From contig NC_090333.1 of assembly GCF_035084215.1 (NCBI RefSeq), positions 28,272,001 through 28,336,000 of the forward strand: 64,000 bases of DNA. Direction: 5' to 3'. The first letter of the stretch is position 1, and each line of letters opens with the position of its first letter. The position numbers and the translations under genes are program-made. The stretch comes from Heptranchias perlo. Its lineage: Eukaryota. Under the pieces are notes generated by a model. That model was given only the letters and a program-made list of their open reading frames with translations. It was not told where the DNA came from and did no database searches. Positions 50,408 through 62,189 of this stretch are shown here, piece after piece.

Positions 50408-51562
50408 TTTTTAAAAATTCGTTCATGGCATGTGGGCGTCGCTGGCGAGGCCAGCATTTATTGCCCTTGAGAAGGTGGTGGTGAGCCGCCTTCTTGAACC
50501 GCTGCAGTCCATCTGGTGAAGGTTCTCCCACAGTGCTGTTAGGAAGGGAGTTCCAGGATTTTGACCCAGCAACGATGAAGGAACGGCGATATATTTCCAA
50601 GTCGGGATGGTGTGTGACTTGGAGGGGAACGTGCAGGTTGTGTTGTTCCCATGTGCCTGCTGCTCTTGTCCTTCTAGGTGGTAGAGGTCGCGGGTTTGGG
50701 AGGTGCTGTCGAAGAAGCCTTGGCGAGTTGCTGCAGTGCATCCTGTGGATGGTGCACACTGCAGCCACAGTGCGCCAGTGGTGAAGGGAGTGAATGTTTA
50801 GGGTGGTGGATGGGGTGCCAATCAAGCGAGCTGCTTTGTCCTGGATGGTGTCGAGCTTCTTGAGTGTTGTTGGAGCTGCACTCGTCCAGGCAAGTGGAGA
50901 GTATTCCATCACACTCCTGACTTGTGCCTTATAGATTGTGGAAAGGCTTTGGGGAGTCAGGAGGTGAGTCACTCGCCACAAAATACCCAGCCTCTGACCT
51001 GCTCTTGTAGCCACAGTATTTATATGGTCCAGTTAAGTTTCTGGTCAATGGTGACCCCCAGGATGTTGATGGTGGGTGATTCAACGATGGTAATGCCGTT
51101 GAATGTCAAGGGGAGGTGGTTAGACTCTCTCTTGTTGGAGATGGTCATTGCCTGGCACTTGTCTGGCGCGAACGTTACTTGCCACTTATGGCACTTAAGC
51201 CTGGATGTTGTCCAGGTCTTGCTGCATGCGGGCTCGGACTGCCTCATAATTTGAGGGGTTGCGAATGGAACTGAACACTGTGCAATCATCAGAGAACATC
51301 CCCATTTCTGACCTTATGATGGAGGGAAGGTCATTGATGAAACAGCTGAAGTTGGTTGGGCCCTGAGGAACTCCTGCAGCAATGCCCTGGGGCTGAGATG
51401 ATTGGACTCCAACAACCACTGCCATCTTCCTTTGTGCTAGGTATGACTCCAGCCACTGGAGAGTTTTCCCCCTGATTCCCATTGACTTCAATTTTACTCG
51501 GGCTCCTTGATGCCACACTTGGTCAAATGCTGCCTTGATGTCAAGGGCAGTCACTCTCACCT
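50408..51562 (-). mobile_element. 5'-truncated non-LTR retrotransposon (CR1/L2/Crack-group RT)
   Basis: ALDIKAAFDQVWHQG, GVPQG, FSDD, KAQVRSVMEYSPLAW; candidate TSD CACCCT at 50402 and 51563. Confidence 0.85.
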
Positions 51563-51589
51563 CACCCTATCACAGACCTTCCCTTTTCT

Positions 51590-52540
51590 TTCCTCCCCCC
51601 CCCCCCCCCCCCATTCCTCTCCCCCCCCCCCCCCATTCCTCTCCCCCCCCCCCCCCCATTCCTCTCCCCCCCCCCCCCCCATTCCTCTCCCCCCCCCCCC
51701 CCCCATTCCTCTCCCCCCCCCCCCATTCCTCCCCCCCCCCATTCCTCCCCCCCCCCCCCATTCCTCTCCCCCCCCCCATTCCTCTCTCCCCCCCCCCCAT
51801 TCCTCTCCCCCCCACCCCCACCCATTCCTCTCCCCCCCCCCCATTCCTCTCCCCCCCCCCCATTCCTTTCCCCCCCCCCCATTCCTTTCCCCCCCCCATT
51901 CCTTTCCCCCCCCCCATTCCTCTCCCCCCCCCCCATTCCTCTCTCCCCCCCCCCCATTCCTCTCTCCCCCCCCCCATTCCTCTCCCCCCCCCATTCCTCT
52001 CCCCCCCCCCCCCCCATTCCTCTCCCCCCCCCCCCCATTCCTCTCCCCCCCCCCCCATTCCTCTCCCCCCCCCCCCATTCCTCTCCCCCCCCCCCATTCC
52101 TCTCCCCCCCCCCCATTCCTCTCCCCCCCCCCCCCCCCATTCCTCTCCCCCCCCCCCATTCCTCTCCCCCCCCCCCCCCATTCCTCTCCCCCCCCCCCCC
52201 CCATTCCTCTCCCCCCCCCCCCATTCCTCTCCCCCCCCCCCCCATTCCTCTCCCCCCCCCCCCCCATTCCTCTTCCCCCCCCCCATTCCTCTTCCCCCCC
52301 CCCCATTCCTCTTCCCCCCCCCCCATTCCTCTTCCCCCCCCCCCATTCCTCTTCCCCCCCCCCCATTCCTCTTCCCCCCCCCCCATTCCTCTCCCCCCCC
52401 CCCCCCATTCCTCTCCCCCCCCCCCCCCATTCCTCTCCCCCCCCCCCCCATTCCTCTCCCCCCATTCCTCTCCCCCCATTCCTCTCCCCCCATTCCTCTC
52501 CCCCCATTCCTCTCCCCCCATTCCTCTCCCCTCCCCCCCC
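51590..52540. repeat. C-rich minisatellite, unit (C)n-ATTCCTCT
   Basis: About 50 tandem units with variable C-run length; unit variants ATTCCTTT, ATTCCTCTCT and ATTCCTCTT occur in blocks. Confidence 0.95.
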
Positions 52541-52595
52541 AACCTTTCCCTGACTCTGTACTTGCTTAAAAACTATTAAATCTTTAACTTCTTCC

Positions 52596-52632
52596 AGTTC
52601 TGATGAAAGGTCATCGACCTGAAATGTTAACT
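52596..52632 (+). ncRNA. Minimal hammerhead motif (family B, CpG-decayed helix III)
   Basis: AGTT-CTGATGA-A-AGGTC-atc-GACCT-GAA-ATGT-T-AACT. Confidence 0.6.
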
Positions 52633-54739
52633 CTGTTTCTTTCTCCACAGATGCTGCCTGACTTGCTGAGTATTTCCAGCATTTTCTGTTTTTACTTCAG
52701 AAGTCCTTCATTGGCTGTAAAACTCTTTGGGGTGCCCTGAGCTTGCAAAAGGTGTTATTTATAAATACAAGTTCTTTCTTGTTCTAACTTTGTAAAATTT
52801 AGCTGACACTTTTTGAATAAGCAAACACAGTAGAGTTCCTGTGAGACGCTGCTTTCTTGTTAATGGGATGATGTTGCTGCACTGGGGAATTTTCAAGCAG
52901 CTTCAGTTCCTGCAACACGCTTCTTTCAAAATTCAACTGCTATGTGTCATTTTAGTTGGCAGCACACAGATACACCAAAGGTTGAAACCATCCGGTTTTT
53001 GAGTCTGGAAATTTCTAAAATGAAAACCAGAAGTCGTGGAGGGGTTCAGATGATGTAATAAACCAGAAGACCCAAACTTGAGCAGTTTAAAACTGCTGTG
53101 TGAAATACTCTCTGAGATTGCAGCCTTGAAATCACTTCTATGTTTAATGATTAGGGAAGTGTTTTTGCCGTAGCTGATTTCTACAATTGCTGTGCGTTGC
53201 ATGATTTGCTGTTTGATTACTGCAGTTTTGCATCAAAAAAATCCCGGAGGAAGTTCTCTGAGCAGATTGGAATAATAACAAATTACTACCTCAACAAATC
53301 ATATGCCCTAACATTTTTTTAATAAGATAATAGCTGTCAAGTCAGATGCTGGCACCCAGTGCTCTCCATGCTGCTGATGCACGATGCTGCCATATTGAAT
53401 GATTAATGGTTGTGATGTGACACTGCAGGATTTTCAAGGGAACAACAGTTGATTACTGTAAAATAATACAGTGCATATTATAATACAAGCAATATATTAC
53501 AGGACTGTAACTCATTTAGGCATTACAATAATATAGGTCACGAGTAAAGTATGAATGCCATAAGAATCTTGATAATATTGCAGTCAGGAATACTCACAAT
53601 TAACTTTATTTTCCTTAAAATGTCATTTGTACTTTTTATGTCAGTATTTCTATTTTTTGTTCTCCCTAAAATCTCCCTCTATCTAGAGTGGTTGAAGGCT
53701 TGTTTTCAGGACTGCCAATTCTAGAAAGAGGAAAGAATTTATGTTTATAAAGCGACTTTGGAGATCCCGGGACATCCCAAAGCACTTCGCAGCCACTGAA
53801 GTACTTTTCAAGCGTCGTTACTTTGTAATGGAGAGAAATGCTGTCTTGTAATTGGCTGCTACATGTTCTGTGCAAGCCAGACAAATTGACTGACCCTCCA
53901 ATGACCGTTTCAAAAAGTAGCATGATGGAGATTGGCAACTCACTGTGTGGAGCATTGTGGGTGCAAACTATGTGATGTATCATACTAGTGCTGCAAAATG
54001 TTAACTGATGCAGCCCCATAACTCTTGCATTTTTATTCCTAAGCTTTCCAGTTTAAAGATAGTAATAGAATCATCTGGCAGGAAGGGACACCTTTACTGG
54101 AAAATGATACACCGTGCTTTCCTAGCTCATAATACTTTTTTATATATTACGGTCTAATAATAGCCCAGAACTAAATGACATGAGCACAACATTTGGCAAG
54201 CATCAAGTGAGACTGGAAATTAGAATTTCCATGGGGTACATCTGTGAAATAATTTCCTATCAAAAGCAGTTTTATGTTATGTCATTTAACCACCTTTTAA
54301 AAAAAAATCTGGATGAACATCTGGTTAAGGCAGGCTGAAGGATTATAGGGATAGATATAGATATAGATGATCAGGTACTCTACGAATATGCTGTTTCCAG
54401 TCTGGTCAGCATTCAAAAGTCACTTGTGCAATGCATCAAGTAGAGATTGAATAATGCAGATTGTAATAAGTTTTAAGTTGATTGCTAGCAGTGATTGGTG
54501 GGAATTTTTTTTTTGATAACCTGTGATTATTAGCTGCCGACATGAAAGTGAATAAATTATTGAGTTGCCTTCACGGTAGAGATTACGTATTTATCCTAGA
54601 AGGAAAAGGCTTGATGTCTGAATCATCTGTTCTCATTTGACAATTATTTTCTGACCCCAGCATTTCCTGGTAATCAACTGCAAATTATTTCTCAATAAAT
54701 TTCTAGTAATGTTGCTAATCAGTTAGTGTGATACTACCA

Positions 54740-55500
54740 TCATCAACAACAACTTGCATTTACATAGAGCTCCTCCTATACTGAACGACATCTGGATACA
54801 CTTTACAATAAGGAGGAAAGCAATTTGGTGGACATGGGAAAGGTGAGGGGGATGGAGAGACTAGGACAGGGACTGATTGATGAGGAGAGGTTTGGGGAGA
54901 TTTTTGAAAGCAGGGAGAGAGGTGGCAAGGTAGTTGGAACTGGGTAGATCTTTGGAGAAGCAGGACTGTGGTGGCTGAATGAGAAGTCATCAATGGTGAA
55001 GCGGAGGAGGTGAGGGCAAGGGGAGGAAAAGTCAGATATTAGAGGAGTGGGGGGTTGTGCATGGATATAAAGCAGGGGCAGATTACTAAAGTAGTCTGGG
55101 GGAACAGCCATGCAGAACTTAAAAACAAGGAGAAAAATGTTGAAATTAATATATTGGGGTGATGGGAGCTTGTAGAGGATGGGATTGATGGAATTCTGGC
55201 AAGTAGTGTGGGTGAGGATACCTACTGTAGGATTTTGGATGTTTCGAAGCTCATGAAGGTTCGGTGCAGGGAGGCCAGCTAGAAGGGTATTGGAAAAGTT
55301 CAACTTTGTAGTGATGAAGGCATTGACTAGAGTTTTGGTGGCAGAAAAGAAGAAATAGGGGTGGAAGCAGGCAATGCTGCTGAGGTGGAAGAAAGGGATT
55401 TTGTTAACAATGTGGATGTATGGGGTAGGGGGGGAAGCTAGGCTTGGATTGTGCAGGATAATAAGGTTCTGTACTTTCTGACAACATGAAATGGCAGCCA
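54740..55500 (-). mobile_element. Older L2 LINE 3' end
   Basis: TKTLVNAFITTKLNFSNTLLAGLP...IQNP; same tail type as 55982. Confidence 0.7.
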
Positions 55501-55981
55501 GGAATGGCCCAGGACATATTGTCAATGGATGTTTATAATGACCATGTCATCCAAAATAGATTCAGCTTTCTATTAGCTTCCAGACTTCATTTCTGAATGT
55601 GCAATAACTATGTCCGGTGATTTCCTCATCATTATAAGTAAACAGCTCTTGCAACATTTATATTCTTCATCCCTAACAATAAAGCTCGCTGATGTGTTGC
55701 TGGGAAACACATTTGGCATACCTAGCCACATTCTCGAGTAGGAATTTATCTTTCCTTTTAATGATCTCAGTTCCATTTGGCCCAACCTCAGAGACTATCA
55801 GTAGCCATAATAAGAATCTTGGAATCAACCCAAACTGACTTCACATCTTAAAAGTTTCATGGCAGCCCAGATGCATTAATTGGACTTTGTTCCACTTTGT
55901 GCTGCATTTCCAAACCTTTTCCATATCTGACAATGGTGCAGTGCAGCATCTAACAAGACACTCAAACGAGCTGTTAGAGTT

Positions 55982-56625
55982 CAACAACAACAACAACAAC
56001 TTGCATTTATGTAGCGTCTTTATCGTAATAAAACATCCCAAGGCGCTTCACAGGAGAGTGATCAGACAAAAATTGACATTGATTCAAAGAAGGAGACATT
56101 AGGAGAGGTGACCAAAAGCTTGGTCAGAGGTAGATTTTAAGGAGCGTCTTAAAGGGGGAGAGAGAATTGAAGAGGTTTGGGGAGGGGATTCCAGAACTTA
56201 GGGCCTAAATGGCTGAAGGCACAGCAGCCAATGGTCGGTCGAAGGAAGAGGCCAGTGTTGGAGGAACACAGAGATCTCGGAGGGTTGTAGGACTGTCGGA
56301 GGTTACAGAGATAGGGAGGGGCGAGGCCATGGAGGGATTTGAACACAAGGATGAGAATTTTTAAATCGAGGCGTTGCCAGACTGGGAGCCAATGTAGGTC
56401 AGCGAGCACAGGGGTGATGGGTGAACGGGACTTTTTGCGAGTTAGGAAATGGGCAGCAGAGTTTTGGATGAGCTCAAGTTTATGGAGGGTGGAAATTGGG
56501 AGGCCAACCAGGAAAGCATTGGAATAGTCGAGTCCAGAGGTAACAAGAGCATGGCTGAGTGTTTCAGCAGCAGATGGGCTGAAGCAGATGCGGTGACAGG
56601 TGATATTACAGAGGTGGAAGCTCAT
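55982..56625 (-). mobile_element. L2 LINE 3' end
   Basis: LDYSNAFLVGLP...IQNSAA...ITPVLADLHWLPV...LHGLAPPYL; (GTT)n tail. Confidence 0.85.
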
Positions 56626-57675
56626 TTCCCAAAGGTGTTAAAGGTGATGTTTTAATCTGATCTGTTCCTGATAGACAAACTCCAATTAAGCCACTTTATC
56701 CAGCGGTACTACCCCAGCCCAGCCTTGTTTTGCTCAGTCCAAAGAATAGTCTAAAGCTCCAATTGGTGGTAACTTATTTCTCTTGTCTGTCATGTGCCCC
56801 CTGCAGGATTTTATGCTTTGAGTGTTGTCATTTGCATCATCGTGACAAAGGGCAATGTTATTTGTTCCATTTCAACCCTAACCCTAATGCACTAAGATCA
56901 CTGCCAACCAGCAGAGCTGTAGGATGGTGAAGGGGGGGTTTATTGAGAGCTGAGGTGCGTGTTGAAACGTCACATTTCAGCACTGAGCCTGGGAAGTGCA
57001 TGGCAATAGTTGGCCAGCGAGGTAGGGCAGCTGCTGCACTGTAAGACTTTAACTTTTTAAAGTCTATTTTTGGTTAGCTGTCATCGGGAGCGACAGTAGG
57101 GTTTAGTATTGAGCTCAGTGCCCTTGAGTTAGGGAGGGAAAAATTCCATTCTCGATGACTATTTGCCAACCCTTGCTGGAAGTACTTGCATATGCATTTT
57201 ATATGAGGTTAGGATTGGGCTTGGTTGAGACACTTTCCACAGTTCAATAGTCCGTGGGGAGGCTTACATGTGAAGAATGGGTACTTTGGTATCATATGAT
57301 AACTGATGACTGTGGAGCTATATCCCAACAAGGAACCAACACTATCAGGAGAGCAGGAGAAGGGAGAAAGTCATTGTTGTGCCTACAAAGAGATCTTTTT
57401 TCCTGTTGCATGCCAGGAATTGTAGTCCTTTTATGGTTCTTTTCTGCTAAATTGCTTTTATAAACTTAGCAACATAAAGCATAGTAACAGTGATCTAGCA
57501 CAGTCCTTTGAGGCACTCTGATCTATGTAGCCATTGAGACTATTAAAGTGCCAGTTATGGTATTGTGCTAACCGTATGGATTTTCTATTCTGCAGGATAA
57601 GGATCCAAAAAGTTTTAATTTTTGTGTGTGCATTGTGGCTAATTTGTTTTCTTTTTGTGTTCTTTTTTTAACCAG

Positions 57676-57901
57676 TGATGTAAAATTCATTGTTGGAGAG
57701 GAGAGGAAAGTGGTGTATGCCCACCGCTGCATCTTAGCGTATCGCTGCGAGGCGTTTAACGCCATGTTCGCCCAGCAACTTCTGTCATGTGATGCAAAAG
57801 AAGCTGACATTCCATTTGTTCTTTCAGATGTGCAGCCAGACGTCTTCTTGGCTGTGGTTGAGTTTCTCTACACAAACTGTGTGAAGCTGAGCAGCAAAAT
57901 A
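57676..57901 (+). CDS. BTBD19: BTBD19 second coding exon (BTB/POZ domain); gene continues beyond window
   Basis: aaccag|(S)DVKFIVGEERKVVYAHRCILAYRCEAFNAMF...VQPDVFLAVVEFLYTNCVKLSSKI|gtgagt; classic BTB N-terminus; synteny with PLK3/DYNLT4. Confidence 0.92.
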
Positions 57902-57919
57902 GTGAGTACATGGCTTTCT

Positions 57920-58597
57920 GGGGTAGATGCGTAGATTTTAAGTTGGGCGGTTGATCAGCAGAGTGAGCCGGCTGGCTGCCCGTTCCAGTAGTGCAAAGGC
58001 CGGAGCCATTTCGAGGACCGGGCCTCATTTAAATAGAACCTGCGAGCTGCGGGTAACAGTCGGGCGTCCAGATGCAGTTCACTGCTTTTGGGCTGGTGGC
58101 AAGCTAAGTCTTGGAGGGGAGACAGATCGCAGTGGGGGGGGGGGGGGGGAGGGGGGGGAGGGGGAGGGGTTGTGATCGCAGTGGGGGAGGGGAGGCTGTG
58201 AGGGGGTCGTGATTGTAATGGGGAGGTGGGGGGATGCTCGGCTGTACACTACCCAGATTATTTTTATGGGGCTTGGAGGAGCACTCCTGCTCCTGGCCCC
58301 ACAAAAATAATTTAAAACTTACCTTTTTTGGGCCTCTCCGCTAAACAGGTCAGACAGTGCGTGGTGCACACTCCTTCTTGATCTGTCCTTAAATGGCAGT
58401 CGGGATCCTATGCACGTTGTTGAACCCTGATTATTATATTAAAAGGGGCCTATTGCCTGAAACAAGCAGGTGCTTTGGCAAACCAGCGGTAGGCCCTTGT
58501 AAAAATGGTGGTATTAACAGGGTGGTAAGTCTATTGACCCCAACATGAGGCCGTTATTGTCCTGTTAATACCAACTTTGGCAAGTTAAAATTGGCCC
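57920..58597. mobile_element. Non-autonomous TIR element just inside BTBD19 intron
   Basis: Left GGGGTAGAT...GTAGATTTTAAGTTGGG versus reverse complement of right end GGGCCAATTTTAACTTGCC; CpG-richer than the flanks. Confidence 0.5.
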
Positions 58598-58884
58598 AAT
58601 AAATATCTTTTGCATCGGTCAGTTTTGTGCTGTGAACCTATCAAAAAACAGCTGCTGAGAATTTTTCTGTTTTTGGCAGTTCTCAGCAGTGGAACTTTTT
58701 GGCCTGTTGTATATTTGTCAATCATGATTAATCTAGAGCTTCCAGTTATCCCAGTATTTTCCTAATTGTCCTGCATCCTCGATTTTATCCCCAGTAAAAT
58801 CCAACCACCCCAGAAAACACCACTTTTTTTTGTATTCTTGGTTTCAAGATAACATTGGTGTAAAAATACTCCACTGTTTCCAGT

Positions 58885-59190
58885 GGCAGAAGGGTTGGTA
58901 ACCAGTGTATAGAGATTTAAGGTAATCAGCAACAGAGCCAGAGGCGGTATGAGGAAACATTTTTTTACGCAGCGAGTTGTAATGATCTGGAATGCACTGC
59001 CTGGAAGGATGGTGGAAGCAGATTCAATAGTAACTTTCAAAAGGAATTCGATAAATACTTGAAAGGAAAAAAATTACAGGGTTGTGGGGAAAGTGCAGGG
59101 GAATGGGACTAATTGGATAGCTCTTTCAAAGAGCCGGCACAGGCACAGTGGGCCAAATGGCCATCTCCTGTGCTGTACCTACTATGATAT
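58885..59190 (+). mobile_element. CR1 3' end (older subfamily; related piece at ~1350-1556)
   Basis: TTTTTTACGCAGCGAGTTGTAATGATCTGGAATGCACTGCCTG... through the 3' hairpin. Confidence 0.75.
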
Positions 59191-59960
59191 GAAATGCACA
59201 CAAACTATCTTTCATTCTAGTCAGTCTCCCATGATGTTGTACACGGGGTGGGGTGGGGTGGGGGGAATCGAGTGTAGTCTTCAGGTGAAGTGGGGTTGGG
59301 GAAGGGGGGATAATTCAAAGTTATGCCTTTTGTCCTTATTTTTACATTTCCATTATAAATTCCTGTTCATGTTTGTAATGGAAACTTCCATTCTAAACTT
59401 GTTATGCTGTAATTTCATCCTCCCCTTGACAGGAAGTGTGTGCAGATGTAAGAATTTTAATATATTAAGTAGATAGTTAAATAGCAAACTACTGCAATTT
59501 GGGAAGCATTGAAGGAGAATTGGTTGGAACCGAGGAGTTTCTCTGCAGTACAAGTTGAGGAGCTGAGAAACACAAAACTGAGGCGCTACAGCATCGGCAG
59601 TGGTGGGAGGGTGTAATTACAATGTGACCAGTTTACATAGACAGTTTCCATTATAAATGTGGATTTGAGAATTTATAATGGTAAAAGTTGAAAGAAAATG
59701 TGCACAGATATAAGAATGCCCATGTGTTATGTAGATGTGCTTGTGTAGAGCGCTGCAGACAGTGCTGGTGGATGGAGCAAAGCTCAGGTGCTGTGTATCT
59801 GAAGTGCTTTTGGAAGTTGTGATGTCTGTTAGGGCCATCATGATGCTAGGGCTCCTTTTTGAATTTCATTTAATGCTGAGATTTCATTCCAAGTACTTAG
59901 TTTATAACTGAAAATTAAATCTTTGTGTCAAAGAGAGGGATCACCAGTATCAGAAATATT

Positions 59961-60705
59961 GGCCCTGAGTTTCCGTTAAATTGCGCTGGCTTTTTCAGTG
60001 CAATCCAGCCGGATCAGCGCAAAATATCGTGGAATTTCGATTTGCACTGGGCGTAATTTGTGCCCAGCGTAATTTGAATTTCCACGATCTTTTGCGCTGG
60101 CTCAAAAATCATTTTGCTGAAGCTGGCTCCACCCACAAAACTGGCCGCTCCCCCAATCGAAATAACGAGGATTGTGAGTTTCCGCCAATTGCGGCCGCCT
60201 GCTGCTGTTCGAGGAGAGCCTTAAAATTAAGCGCATTTTCTTAGGCGCACAGGCACTAGTAGGCACATTTTAAATGTTTTTAAATATTAAAAAATGTTTA
60301 ATTTACTAGGAAACTGAGTGGTGTACATCAATGAAAGTATTGAATGGTTCGGTATAGTTTTTTTTGGGTCATCTTTGATGATTTAAAATTAGGTTACCCA
60401 CAGGTAGAGGACTGGACACTGGTTAAAAATCCTTATTTTTAGTGATAAACCCATTTTCAGCTGTATTAATAAAACTGCATCAGGTTACTACTTTTAAATG
60501 CATGTCTTGAATACATCAATGAATGTCTTTTATTGGTTAAAAAATAAATGATTACGCTATGTTAAAAGCTGCCGAATTGCACTGATTCATGGTTGATTTT
60601 ACGTTTGTGATTATGTTAATGCATTTTAGTGGAAACTTGGCGTAAATTGCACCGGTGCAATGTGCGCCCAAATACTGATTGCACCCAAAGCAGAAACTCC
60701 AGGCC
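59961..60705. mobile_element. Non-autonomous TIR element (MITE, Harbinger-like ends)
   Basis: Left end GGCCCTGAGTTTCCG versus reverse complement of right end GGCCTGGAGTTTCTG; no coding capacity. Confidence 0.6.
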
Positions 60706-61513
60706 TTTGCCATTAATAACAGTTGGAGAGTCTCTCCATAGACTGAGCGAGGTGGACTGCTTTCAGCCTGCCTGCCAAATCAGCAAGAGGGGTTGAGTTC
60801 TCAATTTTTCTAGCTGTGCTGAAAAGCTTATTGCAATGATCAAGTCCCATACTGCACTGGAATAATTACTTTTGATCACTTGCCGAATCTTCATTGTATA
60901 CTACATTGGAATCTTTAGCCCAGGTCACTCCTAGAGCTACAAATAACAGTGAAATCGTTAGCTCATGGCGTTTGATTAGTCACGTAATACACAAAATCTT
61001 CAGATCTGCTTATTCAGTAGCCCTTATACTGTGATAGAATTTAAATCTCCTTTCATCAATTGAAAACTAAAATGTTCTTATTGATTGGGTTGAGTGAATA
61101 GATGGCATTCAACACTAGACATGTTGCAACTTGATTTATTGCAGATCTGAAATCGTAGGATTCACAAACTATTTGGAGGAGAGCCTAACATTTAGTTTTG
61201 CTAAAGGAACAAATGTGTTCCAAGTTAGAAATTCTAGCTTCAAAATTCATTTCTTATGCCCCACTAAAGAAACTTTCTGTCAATCAACATTCTTCCTTGC
61301 CACACATTTCTCAGTTGAATTTTAGATCGAAATGTCTACCCACAGGAAGCATTGAACGGGACCTAGGCTGAGAAATCCCAAACTCATTACGCGTGAGGTC
61401 TTTACATTAGAAATAGGAGACTGAGCAGATTATGTCCCAGAGGCAAAAGGTCAGTATACAGACCCACTGTGTTACCCATTCTCTTGGGAGTGATTTGTAT
61501 CCATGATTTACTA

Positions 61514-61995
61514 GATTGATTCCTGGGATGAGAGAGTTATCCTATGAGGAGAGATTGAGTAGAATGGACCTACACTCTCTGGAGTTTAGAAGAATGAGAG
61601 GTGATCTCATTGAAACATACAAGATTCTGAGGGGGCTTGACAGGGTAGATACTGAGAGGTTGTTTCCTCTGGCGGGAGAGTCTAGAACTAGGGGGCATAG
61701 TCGCAGGATAAGAGGTTGGCCATTTAGGACTGAGATGAGGAGGAATTTCTTCACTCATAGGGTTGTGACTCTTTAGAATTCTCTACCCCAGAGGACTGTG
61801 GATGCTGAGTCGTTGAGTATATTCAAGACTGAGATCGATAGAGTTTTGGACTGTAGGGGAATCAAGGGATATGGGGATCATGCAGGAAAGTGGACTTGTG
61901 GTCGAAGATCAGCCATGATCTTATTGAATGGCGGAGCAGGCTCGAAGGGCCGTATGGCCTACTCCTGCTCCTATTTCTTATGTTCTTATGTTCTT
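61514..61995 (+). mobile_element. CR1 LINE 3' end (inverted fragment follows at ~62058-62170)
   Basis: IPGMRELSYEERLSR...RRNFFTHRVV; hairpin plus (TTCTTATG)n tail. Confidence 0.88.
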
Positions 61996-62189
61996 GAAAT
62001 TTATTTTGTTAATTTTCTCCCCCTTTATGGGTAGACTTAAGAGTAGAAAAGGATTTAAGACTATGCGACTATGCCCCCTAGTTCTAGACTCTCCAGCCAG
62101 AGGAAACAACCTCTCAGCATCTACCCTGTCAAGCCCCCTCAGAATCTTGTATGTTTCAATGAGATCACCTTGGAGTTGTGTATAGGCCC

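Larger units (their letters stand above)
49940..52700 (+). mobile_element. Penelope-like element remnant with inverted terminal repeats, interrupted by a LINE and a minisatellite
   Basis: Inverted repeats ~49965-50095 and ~52545-52690; residual peptide KLEEQHLIFRLG...NIGFNNIR (50175-50240), which I recognise as typical of a PLE ORF C-terminus. Confidence 0.72.

Noticed and set aside
51507-52648. Five long Pro-rich / Gly-rich ORFs (extensin- or formin-like appearance)
   Set aside because: They are translations of a stop-free C-rich minisatellite in several frames on both strands, with no splice or codon evidence.
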